Shown: one piece after another, positions 1 through 9,200 of the stretch | Layout of the letters: the number at the start of each line of letters is the position of its first letter | Numbering within the stretch: position 1 is the stretch's first letter | NCBI GenBank assembly: GCA_043803105.1 | Contig: JAZDKJ010000006.1 | Coordinates: 64,001 to 128,000, forward strand | Reading direction: 5' to 3' | DNA length: 64,000 bases | Source: Candidatus Woesearchaeota archaeon | GTDB taxonomy: Archaea > Nanobdellota > Nanobdellia > Woesearchaeales > JAZDKJ01 | Made by a program: the position numbers and the translations under genes | The notes under the pieces: generated by a model | Seen by the model: only the letters and a program-made list of their open reading frames with translations | Told to the model about the DNA's origin: nothing | Database searches by the model: none

Positions 1-13
1 TCATTTTGTTCTT

Positions 14-1060
14 ATGGCAGGAGGCGGTCCTGACACAATGAAGGTGGATGGCCGCAACAAGTGCTTTGCCGTCCTACAAGGCAGACAGGTTTTTGAGTAT
101 GGGCTTGATGCCTTGTTTAGCCTTGGCGCCAAAAATATATCCGTTACCTGTTCAGATGAAGACAGCTCTGACATTACCAGGTACAATGGACACGTCAATA
201 TTCTAGAGAGCAATAAACAAATGAGCCTCGCCGAGCGTCTGCTTCTTCTTGCTGACGGATTTAAGGCGCACGAGCCTGTTGCCTTATTGTATGGTGATCA
301 TCCTTTTGTTTCGGCAAAGTCCTTAACCCATTCCTTGATTGCCGCTGACTTGGCAAAAGCAGATTTGTTCCTTCCAGTGATTCCATCCGAGTTTGAAAGT
401 GTCTTTTCACACTATCAGCCGCATGATTACGTATACTTTAAGGAGTTCAAATGGTATCACAGTCCATTGATAATAGCAAAACCTGCAAACCTTGACCTCA
501 GGCATTTAAGAAAAGTGGCTGGGATGAGAAAGGTCTACCAGAAAGGCACTTACAACTCTGTCAAGACGTATTCAAATATCATTGCGTACGGAAGTTGGCA
601 TCTTGGACCGAGGATCGTGCCTGCAGTGCTTGCTTCTCCAGCCTCAAAAATGCTTGAAAAAGGAGGTTTTGATTCTTTGGCACACTACGTGCGAAGATTA
701 GCTCCTGCCTCTCTTTTTGTTTCCAAGACGCAAAAATTGTTTAACGCACCCTGCTCATTTTTGGTTAGTTGCTACGGTGAACTTGCTTTAGAAATCGACA
801 GGCCATCCCATATTGAACCTTTTAGAGAGCATTTTTTCGAAATTCAAGAGAAAATATCTTCTACTCATGACCTCATCGAAAGTTTTCATCAGAATGCCGA
901 ATTTTTTGCTGAACTCGCAAAATACAATTATGAGGATGCGTCAAACCATCCCAGGGTGCGGGAGATTTTTTCCAATCACAAAGCTCACCCTTTAGTCCGT
1001 TCTCTAAAAATCAATTGGAAAAATGCTCTTGCCAGTCTCAAGACTTACAACTTAGTCTAA
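14..1060 (+). CDS. NTP-transferase (MobA/sugar-nucleotidyltransferase-like, GT-A fold); probably 5'-truncated by the window edge
   Basis: Frame is open back to base 2, giving HFVLMAGGG...NKCF (LAGG-x-K signature); also LLYGDHP. 348 aa. Confidence 0.65.
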   Translation: MAGGGPDTMKVDGRNKCFAVLQGRQVFEYGLDALFSLGAKNISVTCSDEDSSDITRYNGHVNILESNKQMSLAERLLLLADGFKAHEPVALLYGDHPFVSAKSLTHSLIAADLAKADLFLPVIPSEFESVFSHYQPHDYVYFKEFKWYHSPLIIAKPANLDLRHLRKVAGMRKVYQKGTYNSVKTYSNIIAYGSWHLGPRIVPAVLASPASKMLEKGGFDSLAHYVRRLAPASLFVSKTQKLFNAPCSFLVSCYGELALEIDRPSHIEPFREHFFEIQEKISSTHDLIESFHQNAEFFAELAKYNYEDASNHPRVREIFSNHKAHPLVRSLKINWKNALASLKTYNLV

Positions 1061-1093
1061 TATACAAAAAGCTATACCAATACACAAAAACAT

Positions 1094-1111
1094 AACATTT
1101 ATATATTAGTT
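1094..1111 (+). promoter_or_regulatory. Archaeal TATA-box promoter
   Basis: AACATTTATATATTAGT with A-rich BRE, TATA ~23-30 nt upstream of ATG 1128; near-identical element at 25693. Confidence 0.6.
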
Positions 1112-1127
1112 AGTCTTGATATGTCTA

Positions 1128-1535
1128 ATGGTTATTTTGTATGACCGCTTTAACCTCTCTGAGGACATCTTTGAGGTTATCTTTTCCACAGGCTCGCAGA
1201 AGATTGTGGCAAAGGCACTTATCGAGTACTTGAAAGAAAACGAGGGTGAAGTGAACAAGACGCAAATGTCCTTGTTTGCTACAGCACTTCACGAAGGTAA
1301 GTTCCAGACTGTGCTCGACGAAGAACCCTACCGAGGGAAAAAAGTCCAGTTGGCCTACAACAAGAGGCAGTTTTACGACAGGATACTTACCCCTATGAAG
1401 AGTATGGGCATAATAGATTATGACATGTACAAGAAGACCTACAAACTTAGCGATAAGTTCAACAAGGATATGCTGCGCATCGGCTTGATGTGGCTCCAGG
1501 AGCTGAGGAAGCCTGCGCACACCTACAAAAAATGA
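1128..1535 (+). CDS. Conserved hypothetical protein, probable winged-helix fold; paralog of 25737..26141
   Basis: ATG 1128 (MVILYDRFNL) aligns with the paralog start MVVLFDKFNL; both share RQFYDRILTPMKSMG-IDYD-YKKTY. Confidence 0.75.
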   Translation: MVILYDRFNLSEDIFEVIFSTGSQKIVAKALIEYLKENEGEVNKTQMSLFATALHEGKFQTVLDEEPYRGKKVQLAYNKRQFYDRILTPMKSMGIIDYDMYKKTYKLSDKFNKDMLRIGLMWLQELRKPAHTYKK

Positions 1536-1543
1536 CGATCAAA

Positions 1544-1600
1544 AGGCTCCCTGCATAACGCCCTTTCTTCCAAACCACCCCCTCAATTCTCAGGGAGCCT
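1544..1600. repeat. 10-bp perfect inverted repeat (stem-loop), possible terminator or RNA structure
   Basis: AGGCTCCCTG (1544-1553) / CAGGGAGCCT (1591-1600), 37-nt loop, just downstream of stop 1535. Confidence 0.55.
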
Positions 1601-1669
1601 ATCCTAATCACACTGCAATGATATAATTATTAGCAAAATTTATATAATAGCTCTCCAAGTAAAACCCTT

Positions 1670-2377
1670 ATGGACGACATGGGTATGGACAAGAGGTCTA
1701 GGGATAAGGTTCTGAATCAGATAATTGAGGACAAGCAAAGGCCCAGGAAATCCGGTGCTTGGAAATTTATCACCTTAGCTATATTGATTATTGCTGTTCT
1801 TGCAGCGCTTTCCTTCGTCTATTTCAAGCAAGGTGGCAAGATTACCGGCAATGTTATACAGGAGACAAAGACAGCAACTGTGCAGAACACGCAGGCCCAG
1901 GTTGCTGAAAAGCATCTTGCGGAGCCAAGTGAACTAATCGCTTATATTCTCGATTTAAGAGATTATTCAAACTCCGGTGACATTGTCAAGATTGCCGATA
2001 GCGTTTCTTGGCTTAATCAAGAAGTGGAAAACTATGATGCTGCAGAGATAAAGGTTGGCTGGCAGGCCATTGTTGGTTGTGCTTACCAGAAGTGTTCTGA
2101 TGCTGATTACCTGAGCATGATTGATGCTATCTCGATAAAGCAGATAGCCAAGAACAATAATGGGCTCATACATTCCCTGATCGAGACTTTTAACTTATGG
2201 AATGGAAAGAACCAGGTGTATTTTTCAGATTCCTTGAGCACCACCAACGCCCTGATCACAGGCCTGAAGAATGCAAGCGTCACAGCTGCCTGGAATAACT
2301 TGGTCACCTGTAACGGTATCTGTGAGACATTCTCTTCCCAGACACTCGGCTTGATTAAGCTGATTAATTCTGCTTGA
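1670..2377 (+). CDS. Single-pass membrane protein with extracellular Cys-containing helical repeat
   Basis: TM FITLAILIIAVLAALSFVYF followed by KITGNVI; two W..IV.C...C repeats; TTTATATA at 1639-1646. Confidence 0.7.
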   Translation: MDDMGMDKRSRDKVLNQIIEDKQRPRKSGAWKFITLAILIIAVLAALSFVYFKQGGKITGNVIQETKTATVQNTQAQVAEKHLAEPSELIAYILDLRDYSNSGDIVKIADSVSWLNQEVENYDAAEIKVGWQAIVGCAYQKCSDADYLSMIDAISIKQIAKNNNGLIHSLIETFNLWNGKNQVYFSDSLSTTNALITGLKNASVTAAWNNLVTCNGICETFSSQTLGLIKLINSA

Positions 2378-2956
2378 TTACCTTACTATTTTTTTCAGGT
2401 TATGCCACCAATCGTTAGAATTAGTCTTTTCTATTAATGTCAAGAGTCTTTTCCCACTCTCAGTCTTTATAATTTTCCATGTGTTATCTATCCAGTTTTG
2501 AGCATCTTTATAACCAATCTCTATATACTCTTTTGCTTGGCACGCTGTCTCCAGCAAGTCCGCATCTCTCGCAACCTGTGCCTCCTTGCTCTGGTCGTTT
2601 CGTAATTCTTCGAAAAGCTTTAACAGTTCGTCTGAGGCCTCAACAGGAAGGTTTTCATACTGCTCAAGAACAGCTTTGTGCTTTGCTGCATGAGAATCTA
2701 TGTATCTTTGATTGACTTTGTGAAAATCGTTAAGTCTTGTCTCTGCAACATTGTGAAAAAGGCATTCCAGCACTACTTTTTTCGTATCTGCACCTTCCAA
2801 TCTGGCAAGGACATAGCCAATAAGTGCTGTCCTGAATGAATGCTCTGCAACACTCTCCGGGTCTTTTATGTTCACCAGCCACCAGCCGCTTCTCTTTACT
2901 CTTTTGAGCTGGCCCACCTCGAAGAAGAAATCCACAATCTGTTTTTCGTCTTTCAT
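2378..2956 (-). CDS. HD-superfamily hydrolase (YfbR/HDDC2-like); HD dyad reads HN
   Basis: LKRVKRSGW, ESVAEHSFRTA, CLFHNVAETR, ARDADLLE. Confidence 0.85.
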   Translation of the reverse strand: MKDEKQIVDFFFEVGQLKRVKRSGWWLVNIKDPESVAEHSFRTALIGYVLARLEGADTKKVVLECLFHNVAETRLNDFHKVNQRYIDSHAAKHKAVLEQYENLPVEASDELLKLFEELRNDQSKEAQVARDADLLETACQAKEYIEIGYKDAQNWIDNTWKIIKTESGKRLLTLIEKTNSNDWWHNLKKIVR

Positions 2957-2964
2957 CTTCTGTC

Positions 2965-3540
2965 CTACCGCGTTATATTCTTCAAGTCATGCCACCATGA
3001 ACTGGAATCAGTACCTTCAATTATCCTAAGTAGTTTTTTCGCAGACTCTGTTTTGAGTAAGCTACCTGCATTGTGAATCCAATCCAATGAGTCTTTATAA
3101 CCAATATCAAGATATTCCTTGTGCTGCACAACATCTTCCAATAAATCAGCATCTCTGGCGATTATCCCTTCTTTTGTAGAATCTATTCCATATTGCTTGA
3201 AAAGTTCTATTGATTCTGCTGCCATTTCTTTTGGCAGCCGCTGCATCTGTTCTTCAAATGCTTGCTTTTCTGCACCCTTTACCTCAAGGTATCTTTGTCC
3301 TATTTTGTGGATGTCATTTAATCTTGCCTCAGGCAAATCCTGAAGCAGGCACATCATTACAACCTTGTAAGGGTCTGCTTTTTCCAGTTTTGCAAGCACA
3401 TACCCAATCACTGCAGCGCGGAAAGAGTGTTCAGCTACTGTATCAGGGTCCTTTATCTTTGCTATCCAGCAACCGCTCCTTTTAACCCTCTTCAGTTGCC
3501 CTGCCTCAAAAAAGAAGTCTACGATGTCTTTCTCTGTCAA
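2965..3540 (-). CDS. HD-superfamily hydrolase (YfbR/HDDC2-like); HD dyad reads QD; tandem paralog
   Basis: LKRVKRSGC, DTVAEHSFRAA, CLLQDLPEAR, ARDADLLE; TTG start. Confidence 0.85.
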   Translation of the reverse strand: MTEKDIVDFFFEAGQLKRVKRSGCWIAKIKDPDTVAEHSFRAAVIGYVLAKLEKADPYKVVMMCLLQDLPEARLNDIHKIGQRYLEVKGAEKQAFEEQMQRLPKEMAAESIELFKQYGIDSTKEGIIARDADLLEDVVQHKEYLDIGYKDSLDWIHNAGSLLKTESAKKLLRIIEGTDSSSWWHDLKNITR

Positions 3541-3544
3541 GATG

Positions 3545-4105
3545 TTATCCCCTTTTCATTGCCACATCATAAAGCAGGTCGTCTAATCTCTTCAGATTCC
3601 ACTTGATAGAGTCTGCTTTTTTTCTTAGTTCTCCGTTGCGCAGATCGAATTTCAAGAATTCCTCATAGATCTCCTGCACAAGTTCATGTATTTCATTTGC
3701 AGAATTAAAGTCTTTGTTTATCCCGTCCATCACTGCCTTTCGCACAAGTTCTCCTGTTAGGTCGCACAGCCCAAGAAGATAGTTTTCATCCTCTACTCCT
3801 AGCTCTTTCGGCGTGGGTATTTTCTTGTTGGCCACAAATTCATAGAAGCACATTGCCTCAACAAATTCTTGTTTTGCAACGTTCTGGATATTCGCGTCAA
3901 ATTGTTCTTGAGGCAGTTTTTTGACGAGCGCTTTTATCTCTTTTATGAGCCCTTCTGCTTTTTTCCGGTCACTTCTCTGCAATCCGAAGATTATCTGTTT
4001 TGAGAGGTTGATGATTACCCTTGATGTCTGGATTACTGTTTCCCTTTGTTCCTCGAATCTCTTGAATTCCTGTCTTATGCGCTCAAATTGTTTTTTGTCA
4101 AGCAT
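3545..4105 (-). CDS. Translin/Trax family protein (archaeal C3PO-like nuclease)
   Basis: RE-VI--SR, QEFVEA, YLLGLCDLTGELVR, LRKKAD motifs. Confidence 0.85.
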   Translation of the reverse strand: MLDKKQFERIRQEFKRFEEQRETVIQTSRVIINLSKQIIFGLQRSDRKKAEGLIKEIKALVKKLPQEQFDANIQNVAKQEFVEAMCFYEFVANKKIPTPKELGVEDENYLLGLCDLTGELVRKAVMDGINKDFNSANEIHELVQEIYEEFLKFDLRNGELRKKADSIKWNLKRLDDLLYDVAMKRG

Positions 4106-4106
4106 T

Positions 4107-4319
4107 TTATCTGAAAAACGAGGTGATATTATTTAAACCTATTGCTAGCTTTCCGGAGGTTGAATTGCCCTGCCTCACTCTAGTCAACTGGTTCAAGGAG
4201 TTATACTCCCTATACTTACCATCACCAGTGACTAAGTTGCCGTTAGCGTCGTAAACTAAATTGTTTTGGGCACAGTAGAATATCATGATGTTGTGGATGT
4301 ATTCAAATGCACTTTTCAT
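4107..4319 (-). pseudogene. Orphan Rhs fragment (remnant of a second Rhs-core gene)
   Basis: 4152-4262 encodes NLVYDANGNLVTGDGKYREYNSLNQLTRVRQGNSTSG, 31/37 aa identical to 6048-6158. Confidence 0.75.
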
Positions 4320-4350
4320 CTCATGCTGTATTTCTTTCCGATGTTCATTT

Positions 4351-4971
4351 TTAAGAAGCAGTCTTGTTTAGTGGTATATAAACCCACACACAGATTATCA
4401 AAGCGTATAACAGTGCAATAATAAAATGTTCTACAGCAGATACTTTGAAATGACTAAGGTTAAGGTCAAATGTTAAGGGAATAAGGTCAAAAGTGATTGC
4501 CGTGAGACATATTGATGCAATTTTCTTCTTTTCTGACCAGGCACGTTGGGTATAGGCTAGATACTTGTTACTAGAAACTAAAAATAAAATCGAGCTTCCA
4601 GACCAGACCAGACCAATTGCAAAGAGATGAATGTTTGTAAAAATTGAGAATAGTAAACAAATCAAACCTACCAGGAACCCGTACTTAGGCTTGGGTTGTA
4701 TTTGGGTGTTTATCAGTCCTGAGCGACTAATAGAGTAAATATAAACAAATAACCACAAAATGAGGCTGGCGGCAACCAAGGGAGTGAGAGTTACTGGCAC
4801 ACTTTTATTGGTGTCACCTAGTATGGATTTTATAAAGATACTTATACTTGCTATAATCCCTAGTGAACAGAACACATAAAATAAGAAGGATATATGTAAA
4901 TAAATCTTTTTCTTCGCCGAATTTTGTGGATGGCTTTTATTTGTAGAGTTATCTAAGCCTTTGTTTTCCAT
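4351..4971 (-). CDS. Polytopic membrane protein, candidate immunity protein
   Basis: About 6 hydrophobic segments, AT-rich, overlaps the 3' end of the Rhs-core gene by 19 nt. Immunity role inferred from position. Confidence 0.6.
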   Translation of the reverse strand: MENKGLDNSTNKSHPQNSAKKKIYLHISFLFYVFCSLGIIASISIFIKSILGDTNKSVPVTLTPLVAASLILWLFVYIYSISRSGLINTQIQPKPKYGFLVGLICLLFSIFTNIHLFAIGLVWSGSSILFLVSSNKYLAYTQRAWSEKKKIASICLTAITFDLIPLTFDLNLSHFKVSAVEHFIIALLYALIICVWVYIPLNKTAS

Positions 4972-6239
4972 TTAATATTACCTGTATCAGGGTTTATAAA
5001 CCAGATTATATCATTTTGTTCTACTGTTCCAGTACTGCTATGACTTATGTCCTCCCTTATGTTTTTTGCCCTATTTGGATTGCTTACGCTGTATCGGTAC
5101 TCCGATGATTGCACCATTTGGGTCCTGCCGGAAGCGAGTCCGTAGCTGCTAGGTTGAGTATTCACAGTAGATGTCCCTACCATCTTGTTGCTCTCGTCGA
5201 GAGATTTGGAAATGGTTTTTGAACTACACGTGACATAAACTTGTGATTCGCACACTTGATTGTCAAGAGGCCCGTTTCTTAAATCATAAATCGGTTTGGC
5301 ATCATGCATAATCGGTTTTTCCTTAGGTTTGAACGCCTCATTATTGTTAGTGTTAGCTTCATCGGGAGTTCTTGCTGTTGCATAGACGTAAAAAACGAAG
5401 GTCACGATTATTAGTCCAATAGTTACTATCGCTCCGAATTGTCCCATAAATAATGGCCAAGCAGGAGGTATCTGATGTCCCGTTTTATCAATATTTTTAT
5501 AGGGGTTATTTCTTTCAAACGAGTATCTGTTTAGGCTTTGCGGGTCATACACATTCTGTATTACTGTGTCTGGCTGTGTGAATTTTGCCCATTCGGGGTT
5601 GTATTGTCTGAAGTGGAAGTCAAAGTTTGAGGAGAGTGAGTCGAGTTCTTTACCTTCGTAGGTGTACCGAGTTTTTGTTCCTCCTGCAAGGATTTTGCCG
5701 AAGGGCTCGTAGAACGTCTGCTCAATGATGCTTCCGGTGCCGTTGGTCACGACTGCTACACTGCTTTTTTGGTCATTGTGATAGAACAATGTTTTGCCTT
5801 TCGTGAAATTTTTGTCTTTTGCTAATCGGGTGCCGTTGTATTTAATTTCTCCGATGGTTCCTGCGTCGTCTTTTGTGTAGTACGTATCGTTTATTTTTAG
5901 GTAGCCGCTGTTTAGTGCTCCGTATTCTCTGACAAAGTTTTCGTTCACATAAAGGATTATTTTTCTTGGTTCGTTGGTTCCGTCGTAAATTCTTTTAACG
6001 AGAACTCGTTCTTCTGTTGGGTGGTAGATATAGTCTTCCAGGAGGGTTCCTGCGGTTGAATTGCCTTGCCTGACCTTAACGAGCTGGTTGAAGGCGTTGT
6101 ACTCGCGATACTTGCCATCACCAGTAATTAAATTACCGTTCGCATCATAAACTAAGTTCTGCTGCGAAGCAATCGCAACAGGTATGGAAATAACTGTAAG
6201 GCAAAGAAACAAAGCGATGACACTCTTTTTCTTGTTCAT
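4953..6239 (-). CDS. Secreted Rhs repeat-associated core protein with variable C-terminal (putative toxin) domain
   Basis: Signal peptide MNKKKSVIALFLCLTVISIPVAIA; YDANGN, FYHNDQKSSV, YEPFG, YTYEGKELD, FRQYNPEWAKFTQPD, NRYSF-NNPYKNIDKTGH core motifs. Confidence 0.9.
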   Translation of the reverse strand: MNKKKSVIALFLCLTVISIPVAIASQQNLVYDANGNLITGDGKYREYNAFNQLVKVRQGNSTAGTLLEDYIYHPTEERVLVKRIYDGTNEPRKIILYVNENFVREYGALNSGYLKINDTYYTKDDAGTIGEIKYNGTRLAKDKNFTKGKTLFYHNDQKSSVAVVTNGTGSIIEQTFYEPFGKILAGGTKTRYTYEGKELDSLSSNFDFHFRQYNPEWAKFTQPDTVIQNVYDPQSLNRYSFERNNPYKNIDKTGHQIPPAWPLFMGQFGAIVTIGLIIVTFVFYVYATARTPDEANTNNNEAFKPKEKPIMHDAKPIYDLRNGPLDNQVCESQVYVTCSSKTISKSLDESNKMVGTSTVNTQPSSYGLASGRTQMVQSSEYRYSVSNPNRAKNIREDISHSSTGTVEQNDIIWFINPDTGNIKWKTKA

Positions 6240-6250
6240 TTTGATTTAAT

Positions 6251-9200
6251 TCAGGTTATTGTTATTGTGACTAAATTGGACTTGGCTTTGATGCTGTTAT
6301 TGGATATTTTACTGGCGTTGATAAAAAAGAGGTAATCTCTCTTGGTGCCTGTTGCGTTGACTTTCCAGGTTACGTTCTTGCACTCGTTCTGTTGCAAGTC
6401 GACGAGATAGGGGTTAGCGGTTGTGGTGTAGAATGGTGTTTCCCCTTTGGTGGTGGAAACTTTGCCTTTGAGGATGTATGTTATGTTTAGGTATGGCTTG
6501 CTGCCTGTTGAATCTCTGGAATTGAAGTCCACGTCCCCACCTGTAGTAACTAGCTGGCTATTGGTGTAAAGGTAGAAACTTTCATTCATCTTTTTCTGCC
6601 TCACGATGGATGTAACATTCCAGAAAATGTACTGGCTGCTAGTTCCGTGTGCGATGTTAATCTTGTCTGCGGCAGTGTGATTAAATTGGGTTGCGTTGGG
6701 CCTTTTAGCCCACGTGACGCCGGTTTCTGTCCAATTATACGTGTGGTATATGCGGTACACTGAGATGTTAGCACTCGCACCACTGGGAAGGTTATTGGCA
6801 TAGATGTGCAAGTGAAGTCTTGCATTTTCAACTAATGCTTCTCTCGGGATTTGTGAAAGGTTAAACTTAATCAGGGAGTACATCATGGAGGTTGTCGTAT
6901 TCCTGACCATAAGCCTGATGTCAGTACCGTAATTTGTCCGATTATAAGTCGCCTGGCTCCTTATGTAGGCATCACCCAGATTCTTGCTAGAAGTGTCCCG
7001 AATGGTGACTAGGGTAGAATGCTCGCCCCATTTGAATGCTTGTGTCAGCACAGTCTCTGCTGTATCTGAGAGGTCAATCACAGCAGTTTTCTTTTCTTTG
7101 CTAAAGAAATTGACACTGATATCCTTGTTCACGATGTTTCCCGAAGTGTCTCGCGGTAAAGCTGTTGAATTGAACCTGCTGTAAACCCTTAATGGAATGC
7201 CTCTCAAAAGATTCCAGCTTGAAGCTATGCCAACATTCAAAGTGATAGAGGTAAGATTAAAATCAACGACTTCCACAGGAAAGCCAGGGTCCTGTTCAAT
7301 GCTGTATTTTAGTGTGTCTTTCAGACTGTGGGCGGACTCTATTTTTTTCCATGTGCCATCTTCAAGGACAAATCTGGTACCGGAGTAGATCGCTAGGTTG
7401 CAGGAGCTGCCGTCGCAGTGAGTTTCAGTATTGGTTGTGAAGCCTTCTTCGATTGGGTCCAAGGTCAGGTTGATACCCCAACAATCATTCTGTCGGCAGC
7501 AGGCTTGTCCTGTGACGTTGAAGAATCTGAACTGGCTGACAGTTGTGGACTGGTTAGGTTTGATTAATGTTAGCTGGATGGTTGCTGAAGGTCTGGAGAT
7601 TTTGGTTACAACCGAAGGAGTGTGAGGCAGATTACTGTACGAGAAAGTACTGTTATATTTGTCCGAGATAGTCCTTAGCATGTTCCCAATCCTATCGTAC
7701 TGGTAAATGAGTCGCTCGTGCTCCATGCTATTGAAATCAGATATCTTTGTTGTGGTGAGCCTGCTGAGATTGTCGTACTGCATTGAGTACAGTTTATTGT
7801 TCCTAGAGTCATTTATCTGCAGGATATTACCCAGGGAGTCATAACTGTAATTCAAGGCTTGGACTGTGCTTCTTAATCCAGTCGTTCGGCCAAGATTGTC
7901 GAAAGAATATTTTACAGCAATGCCATTGGCAAAAGTTTTGTTGGATTGGCTCCCGAATGCGTTGTAGTTGACGGAATCTAGGAAGCCTTGGGCCTTGGCC
8001 ACTTTACCGATTAGATTGTAACTGTAGTTAAGGTTGGTCTGAGGTAAGTACATCTTTATGACCCTATCGGATGAATCGTAATCGATTGATGTATTAACCC
8101 ACTGCTTGAAGGTGCTTGTAACCGGCATGTAAACAGATTCCTTTATGACCCTTAACCTCTCGCCATAATAATACTTAAAAGAAATCGGCACGGACGGCGA
8201 AGCGTTCAAAGTAATGTTAGATAAAGTTCCTTTGTACTGCACATCATAGAAAAATTTGACTGTGTTGTTAACTACAGACTTCCTAACGACCCTGTTTAAA
8301 GTATCATAGACCAAGGAGATGGTCTTGTTACGACCGTCAGTCTGGTTAATTAGGTTACCATTCAAATCATAGACGTACCTCCATCTGGCCATGTTAGGGT
8401 CCTTGAAACTAGTTTTTCTGCCCAAACTGTCATATTCGAAAACAAATAAGTTACCTTTCGAATCGGTGATGTTCATTAGCAGATCGTCTGCTCGATACCT
8501 ATAGGTAGTATTGTAAATTTCTCTCCCGCCCGTAAAGTTGGTGTTGTACTCCCGAACCTTGATAATCCTGCCGTAGACATCCAGTAAGTAGTCAATTCTG
8601 TTGTGGTTTTCGTCGAATTGACTCACAGTTGTTTTATTGAACAATATAAGGATGGACTTTGCGTTCTGCTTCATTACTTTGGTAGTCCGATCAAGAGCAT
8701 CGTATGTATACGAAATATTGGGACCTGGTAATGGGGTGGCAAGACTGGTCGAATAAGGGTCAAAATAGGGATTTTGTTCAGCCTTAATTCGGAACTTCGA
8801 GTCATAGAAGTAGTTTTTGACGATTTGTTTGGTAGCGGAATATTTGGTTTTGGTTTGTACTACGTTACCGAAGCCATCGTAGATAAAGTAGTCTTCGGAG
8901 TATGAGGTAGCATTGTTCTTGGTTTGCATCCTGATTATTTCCGGTGCTACTCCGTCAAAATAGTATGTGTAGTTCTTTGATGGGCTGATTATGTTGTCAG
9001 GCGGATATATTTCTGTAATCAACCTGTCGCCAACATCATAGTCGAAGTAGTTTATGATGCCGTCGCGTTGTAAGGTAAGCAGGTAGCCAATCGGCAGGTA
9101 GTAATCGTAGAGAGTTTGGTGTCCGAGAGCGTTAAGGTCTTGAGTTTTAAGGGTGCCGGTAGCGTCGTACTGGTAAAAGGTGGGATTGCCTAACGGGTCA

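Noticed and set aside
4152-6158. Diversity-generating retroelement TR/VR pair (the 111-bp duplicate)
   Set aside because: Differences are mostly synonymous third-position changes rather than adenine-specific, and no reverse transcriptase is in the window.
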